From the NCBI GenBank assembly GCA_047967505.1, contig CM106538.1: DNA of 64,000 nt; one strand, written 5' to 3'. Numbering within the stretch: position 1 is the stretch's first letter; every line of letters begins with the position of its first letter. This DNA is from Dipteris shenzhenensis. Its lineage: Eukaryota. Made by a program: the position numbers and the translations under genes. Positions 26,366 to 37,600 of the stretch are shown piece by piece. Under the pieces are notes generated by a model. It worked only from the letters and a program-made list of their open reading frames with translations. It was not told the origin of the DNA and ran no database searches.

Positions 26366-27433
26366 TTGGACGTTCAAAAACTCTTGGATAGATTCAGGAT
26401 GCAAGATTGCAAGCCTATAGCTACTCCCATGGAGCCAATGCTAAGGCTTACAATGTACGACGCAGGACAATCTGTAGATGCCACACTCTACAGTCAAGTG
26501 GTTGGATGCCTCATATATCTGTGCAACCGATCTTCAATTTGCAGTATCTCAAGTGAACAAGTATATGCACAACCCAAAGACAACACATTGGCAGGCTGTA
26601 AAACGCATCTTCCATTACTTGCAAGGCACAAAGTCTTATCGCTTGATGTTTCCCAAGGGGGGTGACTTGCAGATGCATGCTTATCGTGATTCAAATTGGA
26701 CTGGAGACTATGACACTAGGCAATCCACAAGTGGTAATTGTTTCTTTTTTGGCAAAACTTGCATTTCTTGGCTGAGCAAGAAGCAATCCACTGTGGCTAC
26801 TTCCTCATGTGAAGCTGAGTACATGGCAACTTTCACAGTGACACTTGAATGTGTTTGGCTGCGTGGTTTGCTTGTTGATCTTCATCTTTCAATGGAGGGT
26901 CCTTCTCCGATTCTCACTGATAGTCAGAGTGCTATAGCAGTGGCAAAGAATCCTGTGTTTCATGCTCGCACGAAGCACATTGAGATTCACTATCGCTATG
27001 TCAAAGAGAAGTTGCATGCAGGAGAGATCAGTATGATCTATGTGTCAACACATGACAATGTTGCAAACATCTTCACCAAAGCACTTCCACGTGAGAAGTT
27101 TGAGACATTTCGCAATGCCCTGAACTTATTTCCTTTTGGTGATTGATCATTTCCTTGTACATGACATTGGCACTGCAGGGGGGTATTAGAATTATGGATA
27201 AATTCTAGCACTGACCAATGTAAAGTCAATAAGTGGGTTAGGGGCACTTTTCCCTCATTTAGAGGTTTTTCCCCCTAGCCACAGTTAGTTCACTAACTAC
27301 GGTTAGTAAAGGATAAGGTTTGTCATTTAGACAAAACCTTATCCCCCCTTTGTCTTGCTTTACTTCATTCTATCGCACATTCGACGTTCTACTCTCACTC
27401 TCTTGCTTCCTACTCTCTCTCCCATTTCTATCA
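26366..27433 (+). mobile_element. 3' fragment of a Copia element (late RT, RNase H, PPT, LTR)
   Basis: DCKPIATPME, SKKQSTVATSSCEAEY and KNPVFHARTKHIEIHY. A G-rich PPT at ~27176-27184 is followed by LTR-like sequence ending ..TCTATCA. Confidence 0.85.
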
Positions 27434-28381
27434 AGGATATGATAGAGATCCTGAAAATCAGAATTGTTTGGGAGAGTTGTGGAGTCAAATGTGTGTTGGG
27501 GTGGTTATGTTCTCGTGGGGGTTAGGAGGTTGAAAGGTTAAGGTGTGATGTGAATAACGAAAATAAGGAAGAATCTAGTGGATGAGGTGATGAGGAGAAT
27601 TCTAGAGGGAGAGAGAGAGAGAATGCGGAGAAAGAAGAGAATGTCGTGCGAATTGGAGAGAAGAGAGGAACTTGAGGTGAATGAATGTACCGGGGTTAAA
27701 GAAGCTGGAATTTAAGTAACAGCTAATGTTTTGTTTGCTCTCGCTCTCTCCCTCTTTGCTGGTGTCCTATGCATGAAACACCGTGCAGCAGTACTGTTAA
27801 CCATTAAAAACTATGAATTGTGTTTCAATTTACACTCGACAATCAAGACAGAAAATAAACATGGAGCTTGGGAATGGCATTAAAGCCACACCTCTCACAA
27901 ATTAAGGCTTCAGTTTTAAATTTCTTCAAGTACAATGACACCTGCTGGCAACAAGGGTACATGCAATGTATTGTTTTTGCCAGTCAGTAAATGGGACAGC
28001 ACTTGAGATCCATGCATGCCAGCTAGAGAGAAAGGGGTTCCATAGAATTGTGATTAACATCGTAAATGATCATGCCCATAAATTTGAGGAGTACTGTGAC
28101 TGCACAATCACGAATGACAAGAAAAACAAGAGGTTTATAAGAAATGTACAGATAAAATATGTTACAAATATCAAAGGGATTGTGATGACCACACATTTAG
28201 AATGGTTCTTTAAAAATAAATACAAGATCAATTTGTTCAAGTTGTATCCCCAGAGTCAGATTCTGGCAAGATCTCTGACTACATGGTACAAGTTCTAAGC
28301 TCATATAGACAAGAAATATTAGAGGTTGGGAATCACTTAAGGTTGGGAATCATATAGACAAGAAATATAAGAGGTTGGGAA

Positions 28382-28495
28382 TCACTTAAGGTACATCACC
28401 AATCTCTCTGGCCGTTCAACCATAGTCTTCCACTCATTACAGACACTCGCCACAGTTGCACCATCCAAAACTCTGTGGTCTGCACCCCATGTGAC
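28382..28495 (-). CDS. BCE2: Branched-chain 2-oxo-acid dehydrogenase E2 (dihydrolipoamide acyltransferase), last coding exon
   Basis: VTWGADHRVLDGATVASVCNEWKTMVERPERLVMYLK* contains the catalytic DHRxxDG motif. AG acceptor at 28496-28497; 114 bp, phase 0. Confidence 0.93.
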   Translation of the reverse strand, partial: VTWGADHRVLDGATVASVCNEWKTMVERPERLVMYLK

Positions 28496-28794
28496 CTTCA
28501 TAGAAAAGACAGAATAATGCCCATTTAGCATAATCAGACCATGTGATCCTTAAGCTCAATGTTTGAAAGTACTGTTCAACACGTGGCACAATGGGTTTAC
28601 TGCTCATTTAAAACATAGCTTGCATTAAATCTCTTGACCATGGAAAAGACATAAGAAACCAGTTAAGCATCATAAGAATTTGAGGTCATTAAGATGAATT
28701 CCTTTTCATTGCAAGCCACAACAGTTTTCCGTGATTTTTTTATTTAAAAAAAGAACAAGGTGCGAGAGGTGATCAGCATGAATTACTGGCTTAC

Positions 28795-29022
28795 ATTCAT
28801 TATTGAAGCAGGATAAATGCTCCCATCATCAGAGAAGCGGGGTATCTTTTGTATTCTTCCAATGGCAACAATGGCCACTTCCGGTAAGTTCAACAAAGGA
28901 GAGCCAAACTTGCCTCCAACAGATCCAAAATTACTGACTGTAATGGTGCCACCTGACACATCCGCTGAACTGAGTTGGTTTGTTGTGGCCAGTTCAGTCA
29001 GCCGTGACAATTCTTTTGCAAT
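28795..29022 (-). CDS. BCE2: BCKDH E2 exon, catalytic domain
   Basis: IAKELSRL..GGTITVSNFGSVGGKFGSPLLNLPEVAIVAIGRI..SIMN. CAG acceptor and GTAAG donor; 228 bp. Confidence 0.95.
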
Positions 29023-29214
29023 CTGCCCAAGGAAAAATTTGGCACAGATCAGCTCACATGTCCATACTCTTTTAACATTCAATTGACAGCCATTTGGCAA
29101 GATACTTCGAGCTGAATGAAGTTGTCATGTTACGCTGAAAATGTAATTTTACATTCTTTCCTCCTATCTTCACTTTATATTTGTGGGTTTTAGAAAAGTA
29201 GAGATTTTTTGTAC

Positions 29215-29303
29215 CTCTAGAACTGATAGGTTTTGAACATTTTTTATATTTGGCACAACCAGACCATGAGATGTTGCAATGGCCACCCCCACATTATGAG
29301 CAC
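29215..29303 (-). CDS. BCE2: BCKDH E2 exon (not in the ORF track)
   Basis: (G)[32 protein letters not shown] and GTAC boundaries; 89 bp; phase-1 start matches the upstream exon end at 57780. Confidence 0.93.
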
Positions 29304-29913
29304 CTGTACAAAAATGTACATAAAATTAGAACTAAATTCAGCAATTCGTGTACCTTTTAATGATCCTTTGGTGCTTCAACAAGAAAGAAACCAAGCTGAA
29401 ACAGTCCAATGTATCTGGTTTTCTAGGATTTAACGAGAGTCTTCTCATGGAAAGATCTCTTTGAGTTATAAAGGGCAGACATGTAACAAATCAGTTTGCG
29501 TATCAGAGTTAAGTAGACATCTTGACAAAGGTTCTTTGAGGGAAGGAGCAATATCGCTTCTTCCAATTCTGGCAGCCTGATTACTGTACAGATTTTGCAA
29601 GCTTAATATAAGATGCCCTTTCTCTGGAAAAAAATAAAGATGAATGCATAAGCAAGCACAGAGATCACCCTATTATATTTCTGACTTAGCCTAAGCTGAT
29701 TTTCAAAGGTACTTATGGATGCTGAAATTTGTTTTTAAGGAGCAAGTCATTGGACAGGAGCCCAAGTTTTTCTGCATTGAAACAGAAATCGAATGTTGTC
29801 TCAAACTGACCTCATCATAGAAATAAAACAGAAGTGCAGTAGGCTCATAATTGTATACTGTCAGACCACTCAGCATTGTGGCCCACATCACCACTAGGCT
29901 GATTTGCACAACT

Positions 29914-32500
29914 TGAGCGGGAGGGGAGAGAGACATGATGACGAAGATGATTAGATTAATCCCGCTTCAGCACTCTGATCTCTTAGTTTCCTTAATTACT
30001 TGGAGCTTGCAGATGATGGTAGGATTTGTATCTATCTTTCTATCGTCCCCCCATAACTGATTGATAACGCCTTGAGTCAATCCTCCATCTTCTTCCCCAC
30101 GGCTGCTGCCGCGAGCCTGCCTATTTTCTGAAGATGAGTTGAAGCAGCTAGAGCAGGATGTGGAGCTTGAGAGGTCCACCACTTTGTTCGCACGCATCCA
30201 CGGATCCCATCCTTGCAAGAGTCAGGCAAAGGATTGGATTCTTGCTGCCTTACCTCCTCAATGTGAGAGTGCAGGGGAATCTGGACAGCAAAAGAGAGCA
30301 CACATGCTGCGAACTGAAATGCGAGAAAGAGAGAGAGAAAGTCTGCACAAGAGAAGAAAAATGCCAACTGCTAGGCAAAAACCTTGTACAATTGATGGTA
30401 CAACAATAGGGGAGTAGCCCTATTTATAGGGTCCCCCTCATCCAGCCAACCTGGCCGACTCAAGGGGTCAGCCTGGCCCAAGGCAGGTTTAATCCGACCA
30501 GTTGGTCAGTTGACTGATCACAGTTGGGAGCTTGGTTGACCCCCCCAACCAGGGCACCACCTAGGCACCTACATGGCAGCCTGTTGGCAGCCGAAAAGCA
30601 AGCCCAAGGGCACCCCTCTGCCTTGTCCGCAGCCAATACGCCTCCAAAGTGGCCTGCAAGGAAGCCTGAACAACCCCCTCCTACCTTGCATGGGCAGGCA
30701 TACCCACAATCTAGCCCGTCACTCTATGATACAGAAGATGCTACCTCTAACACCCCCTCTCATCTTCTGGATCATGAATCAATCTCAAGGAGCTGGTATA
30801 AGCACCAAGCAGATGTTGTGGTAATTAGGTCTGCCTGTTGTCCTCCGTCTTACAAAAGATGAGCAGGATCACTTCATCGAGCACCTTCTCTCGGACATAA
30901 TGATATTGTATCTCAACATGCTTTGTCCGTGCATGGAACACCGAATTACAAGCAAATGCTATACAACTTTGATTTTCACTGTGGATGACGGTCGGTGTCG
31001 TCTATAAGAACCCAATCTCTCCAAGAAAACTACAAAGCTCACTTGTGGAACAAGAGGCCCGGTACTCAGCCTCAGTCGAAGACAAGGCTACTGTGGGTTG
31101 CCTTTTACTAGACCATGTGACTACTGCTGATCCGAGGGTGAAGCAATAGCCCGTGGCTGAGCGGCAAGTGTCTGAATCTCCTCCCCAATTAGAATCACTC
31201 CAGCCTAGTAAAATGGATCCTGGATTGCTGCCATATCTGATAGAATAATCCTCGGTTATGCATACCCTGGAGTTACTCGAGGATACCTACATCTCAATGG
31301 ATCTTCTTCAGTGTCTGCATAAAGGAGCTCAATAGTCCCACACAGAACTGAGTCCAACCTGGTATTGAACAACCAAATCAATGATCCTATCAGCTTACGA
31401 CCTGCATCCACCGGCTCACTAGGATCATACTTGGACAGTTTGGTGCTAGGATCCACAAGGAAGAGATAGACTTACACTCCTCCATCTAGAAAGTTGCCAG
31501 AAGCTCCTGTACATACCCCTTCTAAGAAGCACAAAGTAACCATCCTTTCCCTGCCAGATCTCCAGGCCCAAGAAGAAGTGAGGTAACCCTAGATCCGTCA
31601 TTTCAAAACCCTGTGAAAAAGCAACCTTCATCTCGGCAATGTGGAACCCATGACTGTCTGTAATGAGCAGGTCATCCACACAAGATTACAAGGGTAGTTA
31701 ATCATCCTTCAGGAACATATACAGATTCGGATATGCTCGTGACCCTGAAAACCCTTCCATAGAAAGAACTCATCAATCTTTGGATTCCAAGGTTGGGGAA
31801 CCTGCTTGAGTCCATACAGAGCCTTCTTCAGCCGGTAGACCATCCCTACTGACATGGCAAAACCTGGAGGCTATATTCCACATAAAGCTCCTCATGCATA
31901 TCACCATTGAGGAAAGCTGATTTGACATCGATCTGAAAGATCGGCCATTGCTGATGAGCAGCAACTACCAAGACCGCCGTCCTGAGAGTAGCCATCCTGG
32001 CAGTGGGGTAAAAAGTGTCCTCATAATCACCCTAGTTGCTGTGAGTAACCTTTGGCCATAAGACAGGCCTTATGTTTATCCACAGTACCATCCGTTGTGT
32101 ACTTGGTCTCGTAGACCCACTTGGCACATGCACCCCTGCACTTGGGTGCAAGGTATATAAGGGGCTCTTTGCCCTTCCTCTTGCTCATTCAATTCCTCTA
32201 GCCTTCACCCATTCCCTAGCCCTGGTGCAGCCTCTAGCCCTTCCAGGGCCTCGCAATACAGAAGCAACACACAACAGTACCAATTGTGATCCAAGAAAGG
32301 TGTCCATGCAGCACCATAGCCTGAGGTCGGAGCAGAGGCTTGGGGTTCTGTTTTAGTAGTTTTCCATTTCAGTTTTTACAACTCTTTTCTACGCTCTCTC
32401 TCAACTCCATATCTCTCAACATCCACTCAGTTTTCTCAGCTCCATATCTTTTAATTTCCATCCTTAGTTCGCCTCCGTTTACCTCTCTCACTCACGCAGT
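29914..32500 (-). mobile_element. 3' part of a Copia element (RT, RNase H, PPT, ~840-bp LTR 29914-30752)
   Basis: DDLLITDS..FEMTDLGLPHFFLGLEI, KLIGSLIWL and W-SSKRQPTVALSSTEAEY. PPT GAGAGGGGG precedes TGTTAGAGG at 30752. No 5' LTR found. Confidence 0.8.
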
Positions 32501-32559
32501 TCTACTGCATGCCCGTGGACAGCATAAGCCTCCCCGATAGCCTTGCACAGTGGTCTACA

Positions 32560-33950
32560 TTGTCAGTGTGGGGAGGATTGGGCCTTGGTCATGGCTGGTC
32601 TGTTTCTCAGACATCTGTGGGTCAGCTTTCCGTTTTCTATGGGTCATCCTCAAAGTCGCATCTCCATGCACTTTTGAGGAGTGGCTTTTGTATTTGCAAG
32701 TTCTCCAAGTATAAAGCAAATTCTTCCCTATTTTGGGGAAGGGGGCCCTCAGTGGGTATAGGGATTGGACCCACACTTATGGGAAGCATCAGGATGACAC
32801 TTGGATTGTGTGTACTACCTTCTCAGGCCTTTTCCTTTTTCCTTTGTAATCCACACCCTCTTTCCCTTTTTTGGGATACAGATGTCAACTGTGTCCTATT
32901 TCAAAGCAATTAAAACAAGGTCTTTCTTTTTTAGCTTTCTCAAAATCTGAAGCTCTCAAGAAATGGGGTGGTCCCTTAGGTTTCTTAACTTGATCAGACT
33001 TTTGATAAGGTCCTTTATGTTTCTGGGACCCTCAGACATAGAACCACTAGTTGCACCAAGTAACCTCTGTACATGAGATGTACAGTTTGCTTTGCTAATT
33101 GTATCGTCGAAAATCTGGGCAAATGTAATTGCCTCATCGAGGGTTTTAGGTTCATTTTACTGGACCTGGTGTTTTTAATCTGGGTCAAGCCCACGAATAA
33201 ATATGCATAGCTTTTGAAAATCATCAATTCCTAGAAGCTTCAGGGTGACTTTTCTACACTCGGCAATGTACTAGGTGAACAGTCAATTTCACATCTTCCA
33301 TTGATCCTAGGCATCACAATTTCTCTCCACTTCATTTTCAAGAATAAATTCCTTTTTAAAGAGTGCTTCAAATTTATTCCACGAGGTAGATATCGCCTCA
33401 CTCTTTGTCAGACTTAACCACAATTTATCAGCGTTAACCCCTAAGGGACAAACTGGTCTCCAAGGCACGCAAGTGGCTGAGATTTTGACGTAAACTATGC
33501 AAGTCTTGCAACTTTCACAGGAAAGTGGTGACTGCATCCTTGCTTCTTTCTTTTTCCTCGCCATTACAATTGGGAGGTCTTAGATCCTTTAGAACGTGAG
33601 TGGAGTCATGTGACCCACTAGTGCCAAAAATAATTGAAGATGCCCAAGGGGACTGAACAGGTGCAACCAAAATTCCCTCCCCATTGGGGAAAGGGAAGGC
33701 GCAGTACCCTAGACCAGACTCCATGGTTTCTAGAACGAGTACAACAAATCAAATAACAAACTTACATAAAATAACAAAATAACTGAAAATAGAGACAACG
33801 GAAACTCCAACACCTGGAAGTCTCTCCCACAAGTCTTTCTCTAACTGCAAGCCGGAAAACCTTCACGAACCACTAACAATCGTCACAGACTCGAATCTTA
33901 TAGTTGAATGTTCCTCACCAACAAAAGGAAGCCACAAAACAACAAAAACG
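32560..33950 (-). mobile_element. Degenerate Ty3/Gypsy gag fragment
   Basis: LKDLRPPNCNGEEKERSKDAVTTFL and WNKFEALFKKEFILENEVER resemble the gag of the Gypsy at 42 kb (FEQAFLKELLPE). Confidence 0.6.
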
Positions 33951-34087
33951 AATTGCAAATGTGTTACGTCATCCATAATCCTGGAGCCGAGTGCAGTGTG
34001 ATTATAGTGAGGCACAAAACCAAGAGGGCTTGACACTGGAACGGTGGACGTAAATTATTGTGGCTAGGCATAAGTAAGGCCTAGCAT

Positions 34088-34660
34088 GGCTGCTCCCGCT
34101 GCTCCCCTCCCGCCATCTCCTCCTCCCGCAACCCCTTCTGCCTCCTCCGCCTCGCTCCCCCTCGACCTCCTCTGAAACCTCTCCGCCCCGCTTCCTGTCT
34201 CCTCTTGCCTACCCTCCCCGCCTCTCCCGCCTCGTCTCCCTGCAGTGCCCCCCCCCCGCCTCCCCTCTCCGCTTCCCCACTCCCCCTTCTCCTCCCCTCC
34301 CCGCTGCTCCTCCCCGCCTCCTCCGCTACCCCCTCCCGCCTCCTGCCGCCGCCTCTACCACCTTCCCCTTCCGCCTTCTCTGCCTCCTACCGCCCCCACC
34401 TCCGCCTCCTGCCGCCCCTACCTCCTCGCCCCTCCGCCTCCTTCTCTCCTCCCCCCCCCGCCTGCTACCTTCTCCCGTCTCCTCTTTGCCCCTTGCCCTC
34501 GCCTTCTCTCCCTCCTCGCTTTCTCGTCCCCCCCCCTCCTCCTTCTCCACCTTCCGTCCTCCCTGCCTTCCTCTCTCCTCTTCCGTCCTTACCCCCCCTC
34601 ACTCCGCCTCGTCTCCGCCTCCCCCTCTGCCCTTTTTTCCTTTCTCTTCTTCCTCCCTGC
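34088..34660 (+). repeat. C/T-rich low-complexity 5' region of the LINE
   Basis: Almost pure pyrimidine (CCT/CCG-rich) sequence; a second such patch lies at ~35845-36040. Confidence 0.85.
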
Positions 34661-37600
34661 AGCGGGAGCATTTGTGCTTGTTAAGGCGAAAGAAAACCTT
34701 GGTGGTGACCCTTGCTCTGACCAGAGGGGCTCTATGGCAGCACCCTCAAATCCCACGGCCGTCAAGGTTCTTCTTTCCCCAGTTGACAAGCAACACGTAC
34801 AACAGGAAGTTCAGTCCCTCCAGGACAAGGAGCTTGTGGGCAAAATTGTGGGCCTCACGCCTACACAGAGACAGGTGAGAGAGTGGATCCAAGCGAGCTT
34901 GACATTAGAGGGCAACCACATCCAAGAGGTCACCATCTATGGACGAGGCGTTTTCCTCATCCACCAGCTGAGCTCCCCTGACACCGCCTCGACACTTGCG
35001 GAGCAGAGCCCCCTACTCCTTGGCCTGCACCTTGTCTACCTCTTTCCTTGGTATCATGGGTTCACAGTGGAGGACATGGCCACTACACACCATGCTCCAC
35101 GGTTCCCGGTTACACTCCGTTTCCCAAGGCTCCCCAAGGAGTATCAAGCCATCCTCCCTTCCATTGGACGGGCATTTGGCACGGTGCTAGAGCCCCCGCC
35201 AGAGACAACTGCCTCCGTTCTAGTAGATGATGGAGTCCCCAGGATCAAACTAGTGGTGGAGAGCTCGGAGTCCCTCCCAGAGTTGATCCTTCTCGAGACC
35301 CTGAAAGGGGGCACACTTCATCAGAGGGTAGAGATCTCCAAGTTACCAGGCCAGTGTCTTCGATGCGGACAGATGGGCCACCTCGCCAGAGATTGCCCCC
35401 GTGGCCTCCCTCGCGTGCCTAGGCAGAGTCAGCAGGCCCGAGTTCAACGCCCTCTCAAGTAAGAGCAGCAGGAGTCTCAGACCCCATGGGTTACCCCCTC
35501 AGAAGGGAACTGGACACAGGTTAAAAGGAAAACGAAAACAAGCAAGCAAGTCCGCAAACGCCGCAAACAGATGGCCAACCGCTGGGAGAGGGACAGAGTT
35601 GACCGACAGGCCTCGAAAGAGGAACAACAGGAGCCCCCCCCCAGAAGCGGGAGCCTCTGCCCATTCAGCCGCTCCTCCAACTTCGAAAGTCCAACTCCGC
35701 ATTCACCCTTGCAGTAGCAAAGAGCCCCAAGAGCTCTAGATGCGGCCATAGCAGAAGCCGCAGTCGCTAGCCCGACGAGGGCCATGGAGGAGCCAATCCA
35801 GAGCCCCGACGAGCCTGATCAGTAGGGGGGACCTGGGATCGGCCTTTTCCCTCCTCCTCCCCCTCCTCTTCACTTCCCCCTCCTCCTCTTCACTTCCCCC
35901 TCCCCCTCCAGGGTTCCCCCCGCCCCCTCCTCCCTCCTTAGCCCCCCCCTCTGATGGTCACTCTCACCACCCGCCCCCCGCCCTCTGTCCCCCACGTCCC
36001 GACCTCTCCCTCTCCTGCCGCTCCCCTCTCTACTCCAGTAGCAACTTCTTCCTCTTCAACACCCCTGCCATCAGGCAAGGGAACGACGACGCCGCCTTCA
36101 GCCTCCTCATCGCAGCAGCAGGTCTGCTCAGAGAGGGATCCTGAGAGGCGAGGCTCGTCCTCCCAGCCAGCAGCTCCCAACCTCCAGCCTAGGCATCCCT
36201 TACCGCGGGACTTCTAGAGGTTAGGATCCTAGAACTATCTGGAGATTCCGGACTCATACCCTCTACCATTGGAGGTCACACTCATGGTCCTTCAACCCCG
36301 CAAGGGGCGTTTGATTAGTGCAATGGGATCTCAGACACACCCCGTTTGGAGATTTTTGTTTGCCTCCACAGGGTTGGAGAAGTGGTCCCCGGAGGTGTTT
36401 GATGCTATTTTGGGTAATCAGCTTATGCTCATGATGGACGAGTGAATGGGCCCACAGGGACTAGATCTTTGGTATGCCCATGGCGCAGAGGTGAACTTTC
36501 AGCTGAGCTTCACGTGAGAGGAGCCGATGTGTGGTTTAGCGATGGGAGTTATTAGATTGTTGATGGAGGCAAAGGTGGACCACGCACACTTCTAGCCCCT
36601 CCAGATGTGTGCGGATTTGTTCGGGGTGGAAGCCTCCTTCATGATGAAGTGGGCACGACAGATCGGTATTGAGCCGATATCCACCCTAGTACGACGCCGC
36701 ACAGACACCGACTACTCGCCCTCCAAACCCCCGGCAAAATCACACAAGTCAGTCTCTCTAGGACAGGCACCCACCCACAGGAGAGCCTTGTTCCCGACTC
36801 CCCCATTCTCATGAGCTGGACCATAGTGAGTTGGAACGTACATGGGCTCCACAATCGTATTCGTAGTCAGCCACAGTACCTGATGCTCCGACACGAGTTG
36901 CAGAGGGCAGCGGTAGGGCGAGTAGTGGACATCCTTATGATTCAGGAGCACATGTTTTCAGCAGCAGACATCAGACGACGCCATCACCGTCTTCCAGGGA
37001 GAGGTCCAGAGGAGTGGTCTCCCGCAGTAGGACGGAGCGGAGGGGCCTGCATCTCAGTCTCACAGACCTTGGCTCCAGAGGTCTACAATCAAGGTGAGCT
37101 CATTCCAAGACGGGCAGTTTGGATGGGAGTTCGGACGCGGGAGAGTCCAGGATTGGAATCTTGAACGTGTATGCCCCAGCGTGTAGGCAACATCGCCCGG
37201 CCTTTTGGAGGAGGTTGTCAAAGTGTCTTCCGGATGTTGACTCCTGGATTGTTGGAGGGGACTTAAACAACCTCGAGTTTGGGGAAGACAAGCAGGGCGG
37301 CGCCTCGTTCTTTGAGATGCCAGTAGCAGAGCGTAGTACCTCGGAGCAATTCATTTTCATTATCAATGGCAAAGACCCATATAGAGAGCCAGAGTTCAAC
37401 AGGACTCCTGGCATCCTTCTCTTTTCCTTTGGACAGAGGAGACACGATGGATTTCTTGAGAGATTAGATCGCTTCTATGTTGGGGACTGGGCATTACACG
37501 GAGGCGGCGCTACTAGGATTCTGGCAGGTACCATGATGTCCGAGCACTCTCCAGTGGTACTTCACTTGGATCAGCCCCACCGAGGTCTCCCCCAAAAGGG

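Noticed and set aside
29703-29936. ORF with VVMWATMLSGLTVYN, superficially like the missing E2 exon
   Set aside because: The real exon ([18 protein letters not shown]) is at 29215-29303 with correct splice sites and phase.
34205-34734. Proline-rich and Gly/Arg-rich ORFs resembling extensin or formin
   Set aside because: They arise from the C/T low-complexity 5' region of the LINE and are open in several frames on both strands.
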